A stretch of DNA of 63,523 nt, filler included, from Choristocarpus tenellus KU-1152 (Eukaryota; Protista; Phaeophyceae): assembly GCA_964200185.2 (NCBI GenBank). It is 10 parts of 10 records of this genome, joined end to end, with 100 filler letters (N's around TTAATTAATTAA, not from the genome) between each part and the next. Parts side by side here need not be neighbours in the genome. Positions count along the whole stretch, not along the records: positions 12,299 to 19,046 come from CAXNAD020007435.1; positions 19,147 to 27,141 come from CAXNAD020005287.1; 8 more parts are not named here. One strand, 5' to 3'. The first letter of the stretch is position 1, and every line of letters starts with the position of its first letter. The notes under the pieces are model-generated. The model ran no database searches. It was not told where the DNA came from and was given only the letters and a program-made list of their open reading frames with translations. The translations under genes were made by a program, and so were the position numbers. Below, piece after piece: positions 12,347 through 24,730 of this stretch.

Positions 12347-15300
12347 TGTGTCCTACGAGAGTCAGACAAGAGTTGTTCGAGGAGCTTGATGAGGAAAGGT
12401 GATAGATTATCACTGCATGGACGCGGTGTATGATGATTCCTGAACCGATCCTTGGGTAAGGCCTGCATTCCTCCTCGAACTCTCCTGAGGGCCTTAGCGA
12501 GAGCATCAGCGAAGAAACAGAATTATTAGACACTGTGGGGGCTGAGTTATCTGCTGATGTCCCTTAAAAAATGGGGCCTTTGGTCCCCGAGCTTCTTGTG
12601 AATGCGTTCCATGGTTTTGATGCAATCCTGGTGGTAGCTCATGTCTAGGTTGCGAGTGGTCCTTTCTCCCTCTCGTCTGCCTAATTCAGACTGATTCAAC
12701 CCTACTTGATCACGTAGCTCATTAATCTCGCTTTTGAGCTGTGCTTGTTGTGAAACCTGAATTGAATGAATCGTGCTTTCGTATGCAATGGCTGGTTGTG
12801 ATGAAGGGGTGTCATGGTGCCGCAAACCACTGGTGGATTTATTATGTTACAACTGAAGTCATGACTTGCTCAGTCAGAAGGTGGATGATGTGTATTCGAT
12901 GTTCTTCCTTGGTACACTCAAAGGAAGAAATGCATGTTCTCAGAACAGGTTTGTTACCTTGGCGGACAAGGGTTTCTGTGGATGACTTAACTGTGAATCT
13001 ATGGCATCCAGGTGTGCATCAGGCACACTTAACGCAGAGTGAGCATGATGGATTATGAGGGGGAAATATCAATCAAGAAAAAATACTAAACACATCAAAT
13101 ATGCGAGTGGCAACTTCTTGTGTGAAGTTGAAGCAAGGGGAAACCAAAGAAGAAACAAGAAGACAAACTTGAACCAATGTCTGAGGGAACTGACGTGGCA
13201 CATAGTATGCCTGTATATGTGATAGGTGGCGACTGTTCTTATGTTTCCTATGTATTTTGGTGTTCTGAAGGTGATTGATGATGTTTTGAGGAGGAGCTAT
13301 TGAGGTAAGTGAAAATAGCAACCATTATTGTAATGGACAAGTCAACATTCAATGTGGACAAACCATACTGTATCGTATCACAATAAATCAAATGAGTAGC
13401 CTATGTTTTAACATTTCTAACTCTCTGTAACGACGTATCGTGACCATGCTTTCTCTCTGCGTGGTCCTTGGTGGGACAAAGCTGTTTGATGAGGGATCTT
13501 TGGCTCGGCTGCAAAGTCCAAGCGAACGGCATCTGTGCTCCTCTCTCTTCCTCCGTGAGTCTTGTTTGGACTGCTTGTTTCTGGACCTCGACCTGAAACG
13601 GGATCTGCTACTGGTGGAGACGGAATTGAACACGTTCTATAGACCTGCTTATGTGTTCAGTTGAGTTGCCAGGGCAGGTGCGGGAATTTTTGCGAGGTGT
13701 GATGCTGGGCCGGTATCTCTCCGAATCATTGATTCCCTGCTGACTCTGCGCGCCAGGTATGTCTGTGCTTCCTGGGCGACTCTGTGGGCCAGGCATATCT
13801 GCAGACCTGAGTTAATAAGAAAACAAAATGTGACGCAGAAATTGGGAATGTTAGTTTATGGATGGCTAGAAATAGCTACCTAAGCAATGTCCATAACATT
13901 GGGGTCCAAGATCCCCTACTTCCGATCATAGGTGTATGGCGCCCCCTTTGGAGTCACAGATTCCATCATGCTACTCTTTTCCTCCAGGTAGGAAGGGGTA
14001 GACGATGGAGCGCTCCAGTACCATCGAAAGAGACCACGAAACCATGAAGAAAGAAAATCTAGGCCATAGTAGGGAGCTACCAAGAATCCATGTGATGAGG
14101 TGAATAATGAGTATTTTCTCCAGTTTGAAAGAGATATGGTAGGACCTCCGTGATATGCATGCTCCAAAGCTTACCTCTACAAAATATATGGCTCAAGTGC
14201 ACAAGCCTATAGATGGCGTTGATGCCTGTACAGGTCTCCTGAGGAACACTGACGGCCTAAGATCCCAGTAAGAATGGTGAACATCAGGTCAGCAGATGAA
14301 GGTACACTCTCATTCAATGTAAGTGCACAACATATAAATACGAGTGAAGACAAGGACTATCTTCATCCATCCAATATATTCTTATCGAATTTACAGAAGC
14401 CATAATACCTCTGAAAACCGTTGCTTTATTCTTAAGATACAGATCTCACACTGTAACTACAGCATATCGGACTTCCCCCAGTTGGGGGTTCCGTGCGCAC
14501 GTTTACTGCTCGGACTGGTTAGAGCGCGAGAAGAAATAGTTGTGTTATTTGCCTGTAACATCTATACCCAATTCCTCCGTACTACTTCCTGCCCCAGTTG
14601 CACCCAACCCTTGCTACTTTCCGTCCACCCCATCGATAACTACCCTGGGTCCCAGTAGTTGGTCGAATTACTCCAGAAAGACCTCGAGTCTCCACCTCTC
14701 CTTGCACTTAGCTCCTGCCCACTAAATCTTGCCCCAGTCCTACCCAGTCCGCCCTGCCTCCAGCCAAACCCAATGGAACAACAGTGGATCTCTCTAATGT
14801 TTCCGAACGTACACTACGGAAGTCTTGGACCTCCATCTCCCTTTCCTCCGTATGTGGGATCTTGTGCGCCCATCATAGACATTCTCATTGCCCGGCCCCT
14901 ATCCTACTAGAATGTAAGGAATGTAACATAACTAGGGTTATACTTGCCTGTGTGTGCTAATACAAGCATATATAACACACTTTCGTGTACGTTTATCAAT
15001 AGTTCGGTAGAATAAAAAGTATCGATAATGGGTGGCAAGGTAGGGGGGAAGGGGCAGGAGGCCACAGCAGGAAAGGGGTTGTCAAATCCCCCATCTACAA
15101 CGGATAGTATCTGTCACAACACAAGTACCTCTATCTAGGCGTGTCATGTGCTTTAAGCTGGAGACACCAGGTAGATGGCCAAGGAGGGACTTCTTAGACT
15201 CTTGGGATGCTTCCCTAGCTCCCACCCTGGTGTGCAGGACTAAGCAAGGTTGGAGGCACAGGAAGGCAGCAGTATAGCATAGCTGTTAGTAAAATAGTTA

Positions 15301-15557
15301 ATAAATATAGAAAAACACCTTTCACATTTGTGACAACTGTTACTTTTTCAAGAGTTGTACTGACGTTTGAATGGTTTTTCATTGGTTTTTCCCCTGACAC
15401 ATCTGTAAAATATCAGAGGGCATAATAATATAAATCACGAATGACTAAAGATTGACTCATCATACCGTTATGTACGCTACTATGTTGTATTGTACCCAGT
15501 TGTATATAGACGTGCAGGAAACTGTGTTATATGCTTGTATCAGCACACACAGTTTAG

Positions 15558-15816
15558 GAGTGAAAGTATCTTAGACGGTACGAGTTTTCCCCTGTTTGTC
15601 CGTTTGGTGCTTGACTTCCCACAGGTATTTTATGGCATTTTTCCTACTCTAAAATGTTTCGGAGTAGGCAAAATATATACATTATGAAAAGGTGTGTCCG
15701 GAACAAGGATAGTAACACTTCCTAATAAACACGATAGCCAAAATTACATCCAAATCAGAACATTGGATTTTTGCCCCCAAATAGACCCGCCTCTACCCTC
15801 TAAGATACTTTGATTC
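15558..15816 (-). mobile_element. MITE family A copy (reverse orientation)
   Basis: GAGTGAAAGTATCTTAGACGGTA ... TACCCTCTAAGATACTTTGATTC; no clear TSD. Confidence 0.9.
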
Positions 15817-16688
15817 GTAAGTGTGGCACTAATTATGGGACAAGGCACATGTTCGATTAAACTCTTCCAACTCTATCGGACAGTTACGGTAAAATATGTA
15901 TGGAGTAACGGAACAATCAATTAGTGGTTGAGTTATCAGAACCTTTTACTAGTGATTAGTTGAATGAGAAAAATTCTCATATAAAAGGAAATATTTCTGA
16001 TTTTATGGGGCTTTGCATGCTCCACCTAAATTTAATCAATCACTCTACAGACACCAAGCAATCTCGCTGGATTTATCACCTTTACACTCTTTGATGATTT
16101 TGGGGATACTTTAACAGCACAATATTCAGTTTTTAGTCCGATTTCCCCCACCACCTCCTCAGTGCAAGAGGCTATTTGATTCCCTGTGATCACCCTCCGC
16201 CTTGTACCATCCGCGCTCCGTGCCATTGATCTCCTAGCTCTAGGCTGAGTCCCTATCTCTACACGACCTCTTCCTATACTTCTTCACGAAGGCAAAAGAA
16301 ATGAATATAAGTACTGTGTGGGCGGTTGGAAGGCCAAGAAAGTGTTTGTGTTACTATTGGGTTGCAGACATATTTGTCCTTACTGTACCAACCAGAATTG
16401 CCCATACCCACAGAACAGAGACACATGTACTCTACGCATGCGTTCACCACTTCCAGTTATCACCTACTTGGGTCAAGCCAAATATTCAAGTTCCTAGATG
16501 TACGAAATGCTATCCACTGCTCCTGAGCCTCTGTTTATTATTGTCATTGCAACCGATCCTCCGGCATACTTGACTGCAGTGCACCCAACTGCCGTATAAT
16601 TCCTTTCTAACCCAGAGACTGCTCCTGCCACCTAACCCGTGGGTAAGAGCGTTGAAGGTTATTTTGAGTAGTGCTGTTATCTCACCTA

Positions 16689-17127
16689 GGCTCAAAGTAT
16701 CTGGGAGGGGTGGCGGCTATCCAATTGGGGTCAATTTTTTCATGCCGCGATTATTGGGTTATTTTGTTGCATACGTCGGATGGATACCGTAAATGCACCT
16801 TTGTGCCAAAGTATCTTAGAGGGTACAGCCGCGTCCATTTGGGGCCACAATCCAATGTTGTGATTTTGATGTAATTTTGGCTATCGTGTTTGTTAGGAAG
16901 TGTCAATATCCTTGTTCCGGACATATCTTTTCATAACGTAGACGTTATACCTACTCCAAAATATTTTCGAGTGGGAAAATGTCATAAAAAACCCGAGATA
17001 AGCCAAGCCCCAAATGGACAAACAGGGCAAAACTCTCTCCCTCTAAGATACTTTCACTCTTTCCTGATTTTGGTTCAAATGGACACCCTGGTGTAGACCC
17101 CCTCCTCCGTCCCAGATACTTTGGGGC
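16689..17127 (+). mobile_element. MITE family B copy (GGCTCAAAGTATCTGGG...CCCAGATACTTTGGGGC), TSD CCTA, containing a family A insertion
   Basis: TIRs are present with CCTA on both flanks. Removing 16803-17059 restores the sequence of the uninterrupted copy at 27664-27840 (TGCACTTTTCCTG.TTTTGGTTCAAATGGACAC). Confidence 0.85.
16803..17059 (+). mobile_element. MITE family A copy nested inside family B
   Basis: GTGCCAAAGTATCTTAGAGGGTA ... CCCTCTAAGATACTTTCACTC; duplicated TTT at the target. Confidence 0.9.
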
Positions 17128-18751
17128 CCTAGATATTCCTTCTACCGACACACATTCTTCCGTGTTGATATGTCTCCTGCTATAAATGACCCCAACCCTT
17201 TTATGTCTCAAGTACCCCCATACTTCACAAACACAGGCCTTGCCTATCCTCTTCCCCCTACCCTGGGAAGTCTTATGTCTTGATTCCGCAGCTATGCTGC
17301 TCGTGTCCACCTCTGACTTCCCCCTCCCACTAGTTTGCTCTGTCAGTCTCCTTTCTGGGGTAACCTAAACAGACATACATCAATCGCTGAAGGAAAAAAC
17401 GCCGGGAAAGAACTCATAGGACCTGCGAAAATCCATCTCCTATCACTACTCACACATCCCTACATATTCCACACCTGCACTAGCCCTAGCCTCCAGATGA
17501 ACATCCGTAAGTGATGGAGGTATTATACGGTCTGAGAATCCAACATACTCACTATCAGGTTCTACCACTCCACGCTTAGTCTACAACAAGAACAGCATTC
17601 CAAAGTCCCCGACTACAAACACCCTTGTTGTACAATGAAATCTTGGCAGCTCCACAATAATCTACAGGGATCTACGAGGATTTTGCCAATCACTATCAGC
17701 ATTCTCACCTCGGGCTCCCACTTTCGTTCCGGCATATTGGGCCCTGCATATTTCTCTCTTTTGACAATTCCTGAACACCACCTACTGGTCGCCGCCCTAA
17801 TCCTTGCGTCTTGTGTAGCTGTACTGTCGGAGGAGTTCCTTGTGATGTGTCCTCTATTGCCTTCTACAATTGCGCCCCTTTCAACGAACATGCACCACTG
17901 AGATTTTCACACCCAAATTACCCTCGATAATTTTTCTTTGCTCATACTACGTCTTGGATTCCAAGCCTTAGGATTATCTATACACTTGCGAGTAATCTCT
18001 ATATCCTATCCAAATCCGAAAGGCCAGGACTGCATGGTCTTCTCAAGCACGCCTCCACTTTCTGCACACCTTCCCACCCCTTCCCAAGTGAGGTCTCCCC
18101 TGGTCGAGCCACCTCCACCTCCCAATGTCAAACTGTTGTACTTGAACCTCCTACAGATCTTCTTTCCTATCGTCAGTCGAAACAAGAATAAATGCTGCCA
18201 ATAGGTTACATCATCGACATTACAACGGTTTCTCAGAGGAAGCATTTAGGATCAGATCTTCCAGGTTGTATCCTTTGATTGGGTCAGCTAGGTCGATATG
18301 TACTTGTCATAAATATGCCCTAAGCTCCACCTTCTCACTACAACCATTCTAGCATCACCAAGTTCCTTAAAGTGTTTAGGTCTGATGGGTTAACCCTAAG
18401 GAAGAAGGACTGCGGCATAGTAGCCCAAAGGCAGTGGCTACCAATAATGAGTTGAATAACATGTAAATACAGACTGTAACAATATGGGTGTAATCAGTGA
18501 TACAAACAATGTACTAGACAATCAACGGTCGAAATTACGCAGCCCTACTCCGTCAAATCCATGACAGATATGCCAATGGATGGCAAGATTTGTTACAAGG
18601 AAGCAATCTAGAAGTTAACACGTCGAGAAGAGATCGTTGAAACCTGAATCGAATGCATCGTACATGTAAGCAATATGCGTAGAGTACTAGCGATGAGGAA
18701 TCATGGTGTTGCAAAGCACCGATGAGTGATATGCATAGTCTATGTTATGGA

Positions 18752-18783
18752 TAGGGTTAGGGTTAGGGTTAGGGTTAGGTTAG
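18752..18783 (+). repeat. Interstitial telomeric repeat (TTAGGG)n, ~5 units
   Basis: TAGGG TTAGGG TTAGGG TTAGGG TTAGG TTAG. Confidence 0.9.
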
Positions 18784-18786
18784 AAT

Positions 18787-18969
18787 AAATTTTGAACCTT
18801 CATTTTTTCCAATCCATATACCAAGAAGCTCCTTCTTGCCCTCCATATTGACAGCTACTGTCAAATACACAGCTTTACTGATAACAGTATGACTATCCCT
18901 AGCCCTTACATGATTGGATTCTAAATATAATATCGGATACACCTCATCTAAAGCTCTATTTTGCCATCT
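18787..18969 (-). pseudogene. Bacterial IS256-family (Mutator-type DDE) transposase fragment
   Basis: Translates to RWQNRALDEVYPILYLESNHVRARDSHTVISKAVYLTVAVNMEGKKELLGIWIGKNEGSKF. This matches the IS256 block WQNRPL..VYP..YLD...VK.R....V..KAVY.A.G.N..G.KE.LG.W....E.A.FW. The first catalytic D appears as E and the fragment is truncated at both ends. Confidence 0.9.
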
Positions 18970-19400
18970 GGACTTTTTCAGCTTGGAATCGACAAGACCT
19001 CTTTTATTTGCTATATCCAAGCCGTTTAGCTTTCCCAAAGCCCAGTNNNNNNNNNNNNNNNNNNNNNNNNNNNNNNNNNNNNNNNNNNNNTTAATTAATT
19101 AANNNNNNNNNNNNNNNNNNNNNNNNNNNNNNNNNNNNNNNNNNNNGGGGGAGGGTTGTCACGTGCTTAGATTGTACCATTTGAGCACACTGTTGGATTT
19201 GATTGTTGTTGTCGTGATCCTGTTTGTGGAATTGGACTTGGTGTGACCTTGAGTTAGAAACTGCCTTTGTCTCTGCAGTGAAGACACTTCTGTTGGTTAT
19301 GGTCTGTATCACACCACTTGAAACTACATTGCCAGGGCGCCTGCCTGTGTGCCTCAAGTTGATAACTTTGTGCCTGCCTGACCGCATAAATGCATGCAAG

Positions 19401-19643
19401 GTGGACGCCTTGGCAAAGGCCCTGTCTCACTCCATGCAATCTGTGTCAATGGGATCAAGTGAGGGTTACGACATGGCAGACAAGGCAATGGTCCTAGCAG
19501 CTAAGATGGGGTAAGGGTTTTTGTATAGCATGGAAGGGGATTGATTGTTTGACGGGTCATGTGTAGTCTTACCAAACCATCTATTAGTAGTCTCATGCTT
19601 CGCACTACAACTCCTAAAAAACGTTGAGTTAAAGGCATTATAA

Positions 19644-19676
<33 letters not shown>

Positions 19677-22600
19677 CGGCCTTCTTTTTTTTATCAGTGT
19701 GTTCTTCGTTCCGTCATCACTGTTCTTTACTGTATTTCCTCTCNNNNNNNNNNTCTTTTGCTTCTTTTTTCCCCCCCCCCCCCCCCCAAAAAATTGGGTT
19801 TATGAAATATTTTTCCCCCCCCCCCCCCCCCCCCCTCAGCAGAGTTTCTGCATTTTTCTGGTAAGATTGTTGTGCCCGAGCACAGTTCAAGTTCTTCAAA
19901 GAGTTCTTCCCATTTAGAATCTTTGATTGGTTTTACATCTTGATTTGACTGCTGCAAGAAAATCCTATTGTATAGTTGTGTGCAGCGCATTTGTGGATGT
20001 CTACAAAATGACAAGCACGAACATACTACATGGTTTGTGAAGTGTGCTTGGGGGGTTTCCCTCGAACCCTACCTATGACCCTGACACCATTGCCCCCCCA
20101 TAATCGAATTTCTATTGCTGTGGCTTTGGGGGTTCGAAAGGTCGTGGGTACTTTTGCGGAACACTCACCTTTGCCCAGACTGGCTTGGGGGACTGGAGAA
20201 GAAGCTGAGGACTCTTCCATTGCATCCATCCTTCCGCCTTTTCCTAACATCAGAGGTGGTTGTGTGTTGGGAATTTGTTGGGGAACTCTTGTTAGTTTTC
20301 TCATCATGTTTTGAAGCTTTGATTTGAAGAATACGGACGGATGTTTTTAGAGGTTTTCTGGAAATATGTGCTGCTACATGTCTTTTTGAGATACTTCAGT
20401 TGTGTCAGTTGTGAGGGTGTCAAAGCACTTGTTTGCGTTGTTGGGAGTATCAAGAAGACCTTTCACTTCAATTGTCTTGCACATACCACCATAGATGTTG
20501 CATCTAGAAGTTGCATTGTCCGACAAACTTGTAAGTACTTTTTTTGTTTTTTTCTAGATTAGTATACGCTTGGAATGGCTGTTACTTGGAAGGCATGAAT
20601 GCTATCGTTGTTCAGCATCTTCTTTGGACCTGAAATACTCAAGATATCTCATGCTGCATGCTACTCCAGGATTTATCTTTTCCCTCATTGGATCTTACTG
20701 CTAATGTATACTGCAGCTGCATTTCGTGGGCTGTTAGCATGTGAAGGGTGCTCCAAGTCCCTCGCACCAATTTAGATGGTTGTGCCCAGGGTACCTTGGG
20801 ATCCTGGGCTGATGTGCGAGCATATAGTGCCCATACCCTAGCTCTTGTCATTGACTACGATTATTGGCCAACTTTGTCTTTGCCCCCCTATCTATACATG
20901 CCAGGTACACCCTCGCCTCCCAGCATCTCTACTGCGAGCCAGCGAGGTCCTGGTTGTTGAGGCACCATCCGGGGTTAGGGCAAATCTGCTAAGATTCCTC
21001 CGAGGGATCCCTAAGGACCACATGGACAAGCCTCCCACTGAAAGGAACAGGTATGACTCAATATCCTCTCAATACCCAGTACAAAGGCGATGCTCACTCT
21101 CTTGGCATTTGAGGGACATTCAGAATATCATTGGGGCAAGCAAACCTCCCAATCTGAAGGGTTGGTCATTGCACTGCATTTTGAGATACGGAAGGAGGGT
21201 GCTGCACTGGGGGGGGTTCTATATGATCTGTGCGTGTCTCTCTCGAAATCTGAGGTTGCACTAAAGTTGCAAGGATTTTTCTGTTGTAAGGCAACTTCAG
21301 TGCCATGGATAGCATTATTTTTTTTACGTACAGTACACTCCAACAGTGTGCACTACCTTTGGGTTGGCAATGGACATGGTGTCATGGTTGTTGTATCTGT
21401 TGAGGGTGTGGGTAGTACTTGAATGCATCACAGATGAGCAGTCTGAAGAGGTTTTCCATGGAAAGGGGTCCGTCTTTCATCATTTGTCCTGTATCCCCCC
21501 ACTGACCCCACATCCCTGCAGGTTGTATGTGCTCCTTGCTTGGCTCCAAGCTGTTGTACAAGAGAGACTCCGATATGTTCCCTTGGGTTGGAGCAAGAGG
21601 TGTGTGAAAACCAAAAGGATCCCACCTGCCAACGATTTATTTTTCAGTAAGGACAAATGATGAAATACATAGTGTGTGAAATATCACATGGCATCACTGT
21701 GTAATATAAGTCGGCCGCATGACAGTGTCTGGTGTGGTAGGGATTGTTGCACTGGTATTGTTCACAGCGGGTGAGTTTGTGGTGGTTTTGCATGTAGTTT
21801 CACCGTGTCCCATGTGTTCGTGCCGTATATCCTCTTTTTTTATTATTATGAGTGTGCACTACCCATTGTGAGAATGGTGCCAACCTGTTGTACATAAAAT
21901 TGCAGTCTTCGTAGGTGTGATTTACCAACATAAATCGTTTATTTTGGTCATTTGTCTGCAATAGACTCGGTTGAAAAAGGTAATTTGGGACGACTGTCTG
22001 TCCTTGGTGTAACATACAAACCCAACTTTTTTGTGATTTCCTTTCACAGGTACGAATTCAGTGAAGCTGATGCAGCTTGCGCTCTTCAGGCAATTGACAG
22101 CTGGTTGGAATCTGCTGCAAGCGGCGGTCAGCACATCAGCCCAGAGAAAGTCCCATGGGAGGCACTGCGTGCTCTGTTGGGGCAGAGTGTGTATGGTGGA
22201 CGAGTAGACAGCCGTTTTGATCAAGAGCTCCTGGAGGGCTTTGTGTCGTCTCTCTTTCAACCTCAGGCATTCGATCTGGACTTCCCTCTTTGCAAGTGGG
22301 TAGAACGACTACGTCTTTCCATAGAGTTGTATTCTCTGCCACTGCGTGAGAGAGGACTATCCTATGTTGTTATTGCAGACAAGGGATGTGAAAAGGAATC
22401 AGAGATGTGTCTCCACTTTCTATGACAGAATTATCATCGGTCATTACAATATCTAGTAGTCATGAGACTATTCCTGGTGTAGTCTGCTGAAGTGGCTGTG
22501 TCATTCTAACACTAACCCTAACCCCAAACAGTAGGTTCTGTGCGTATGACATGTTCACGTGATTGCTAGCACATAGTGTATCGTCAGGTCTGCCTAACAC

Positions 22601-24730
22601 AGCCATCGCCTTTTGGTTCAATACATATCCCTCGTGTCCTCCTGCAGCTCACACCAAATTGAAGAGGGGCACTCTGCAGTGACCCTGCCAGACGCCACTA
22701 CACTAGCAGCGTTCCTCCAGTGGGCAGAAGCTTTACCAGTCAATAATCCACCCACATGGCTGGGCCTGGCCCCCAATGCTGAGGCAGCGCTACTCACTTC
22801 AAGAGGGGCTCAGCTGCTTTCCAGTTTGCAGGTCAGCTACCCAACTTTGTGTCCATCAGCGCGTACATAGATTGATGTCTAAAGAAAGTCTTTAGGATAC
22901 ACTGGAAAAAGTATTGTCATTATTGTGGGGATTTTATGGTTGTGTCGATTTGTCTTGTGGATAGAGTCCCCTCTAATCGCTGTGATTGGCATGGGGCAGA
23001 TCATTCAAGACGATGGACTCGGAATGGAGGCAGCAGCTTTAACCTTGGCGGAAAGCAGTCAGATGGGAGGTGGGGGTCAGGAGGCCAAGCTGGAGCAGTT
23101 AGCACAGACTGGGCAGAGGTGCGACTCTTCGTACCTTCTGTCACCTTCCCACTCAAGGAAACATATGTGTTGTTAGACTGGTCCCCATTTTCTCAATTGT
23201 TTTATGTTTTTATCAAACATTTCAACTGTGGTAAGTACTTTTTCATTGTTTGTCAATCCTCACCCTCAACGCCCACATCAAATGGTCTGTCCTGTGAACG
23301 GTTCTTGATCAGGTGGTTGTCTCGTCTGCCAGAAGTTCTCAAGCTGGGGCGCTTGATTGACAGGGTTGCCAGCAAGGAAAGGGGTGTGGAGGAGGAAGGG
23401 GATGCACTCCATCGATGCTTGTGCCGAGAAATGGCCACTGGAAGCTCGCTCTTGGCCAAGGTCAGGGCAGACCTGACAGCAGTGCAGAAGTTGTGCAAGG
23501 GCGACATTAAGGCTACTAATGAGGTGTGATTTTTGGGAGAATGTGCAGTTCTGCTAGCTATTTTCGGCAATGTCTAGTAGTGATTTATCCCATTTCTGTT
23601 GATGCGATGCTTCTATTCATCTATGAGTAGCTTACCTCACGTTTGTACTTTTGCAATATCTGTTCTGGAAGACTGCGATGAAGGCATCTGTGCATTGAGG
23701 CGAAATGCAAGAACAAGGCTACGCTTGTATATATGACAATCATACTTACCATTGTTTCATAGCTAATGCACTAATTATGACAATGGTTGACAATGGTTGC
23801 CCCCTAAGCTCCATCTGTGTTGTTATTCATACTCCTACCTCTGTATCAGGTTCGATTGCTGATGAACACTCTTGTGAAGGATGTTGTACCTACCTCATGG
23901 AAGAGTGGTTTGGTCCAAGCAGCCATGGGTGCTGTGGACTGGTTGGAGGACTTCCGTAAACGCCTTGCCCATCTAGAGGCTCTAGCTGAGTCGGATGCTC
24001 TTGCTGGACCTTCTGCTGGCCCCTACTGGCTAGGAGGGCTCTTCAGTCCAGATGCTTTCATCACTGCAACAAGGCAGTTTGTGGCACGTAAACTGGAGTG
24101 CTCATTGGAGGATCTTGTCCTAGACTTTGTCATAGACAGTGGTCAAAGACCAATTGGAGGTGAGACAACAACATAAATGGACTCACTTTTATCTTACATG
24201 ATCCACAAACATTGAGATTTTAGTGCATCCTTAGGCGAATTCTTGTTCTTTTTTCCCTAATACATCGGTCTTTTCTTCTTTGGTAATTATTCTTATCTTC
24301 ATATGGGGAACTTTACCTCCAGTCCTTATTTGAAACTTTTGTTTTGGGGTCGTTTCTCTTCCTTGCCTGATCTTTTTGACCATCGTTGCTATGCTGCTTT
24401 TTTTGGCTTCCAGATGCAACAACTGCGTTCCCTCTTACTGGCCTTGTCCTAGAGGGTGCGGGCTGGAGTGCCGATGGGGACTATCTGACCATCTCAAGGG
24501 AGCATCGCACAGCCCTGCCACGCTGCCAAATTTGTTGGGCTCGGCGCAAGGTCAATGTGTCATCCAACATTGGGCCCGCATCCAAAGCAGAAGTGGTTGT
24601 CCCTGTGTATTTGCATGATGGACGCAGTGACCTCATCGTAGCAGTTGAGCTCTCGATTCCTACAGATATCCCAGCAGCCATTTGGCGCCAGCGGGGTGTG
24701 GCACTTTTAGCATGGACCCCTGCAGTGTAA
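19401..24730 (+). CDS. DYNC1H1: Cytoplasmic dynein heavy chain (DYNC1H1-like), last 10 exons: 19401-19510, 20141-20255, 20905-21050, 21522-21599, 22050-22295, 22648-22831, 23000-23118, 23313-23523, 23850-24159, 24414-24730
   Basis: The spliced translation is continuous and phase-consistent: [24 protein letters not shown]|[22 protein letters not shown]...FRLFLTSE|[13 protein letters not shown]...|[26 protein letters not shown]|YEFSEAD...[24 protein letters not shown]...PTWLGL...[17 protein letters not shown]...GLVLEGA...VPVYL...RGVALL. These are the AAA6 and C-terminal domain motifs of cytoplasmic dynein-1. Confidence 0.95.

Larger units (their letters stand above)
16630..18400 (-). pseudogene. 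Highly decayed Copia-like RT/RNase H remnant, interrupted by nested MITEs
   Basis: Minus-strand peptides in Copia order: RDYSQVY (cf. GIDY.ETY), YNTSITYG, SSIAAES (cf. ALSSTEAE), RRHINTEECVS.EG (cf. KHID..H..RE.V..G), NALTHGL (cf. AD.LTK.L). Many stops and frameshifts. Confidence 0.4.

Noticed and set aside
11500-13800. Minus-strand ORF fragments (coiled-coil, R/S-rich) suggestive of a DIRS-type or other TE ORF
   Set aside because: No diagnostic motif could be identified, and the region spans a linker.
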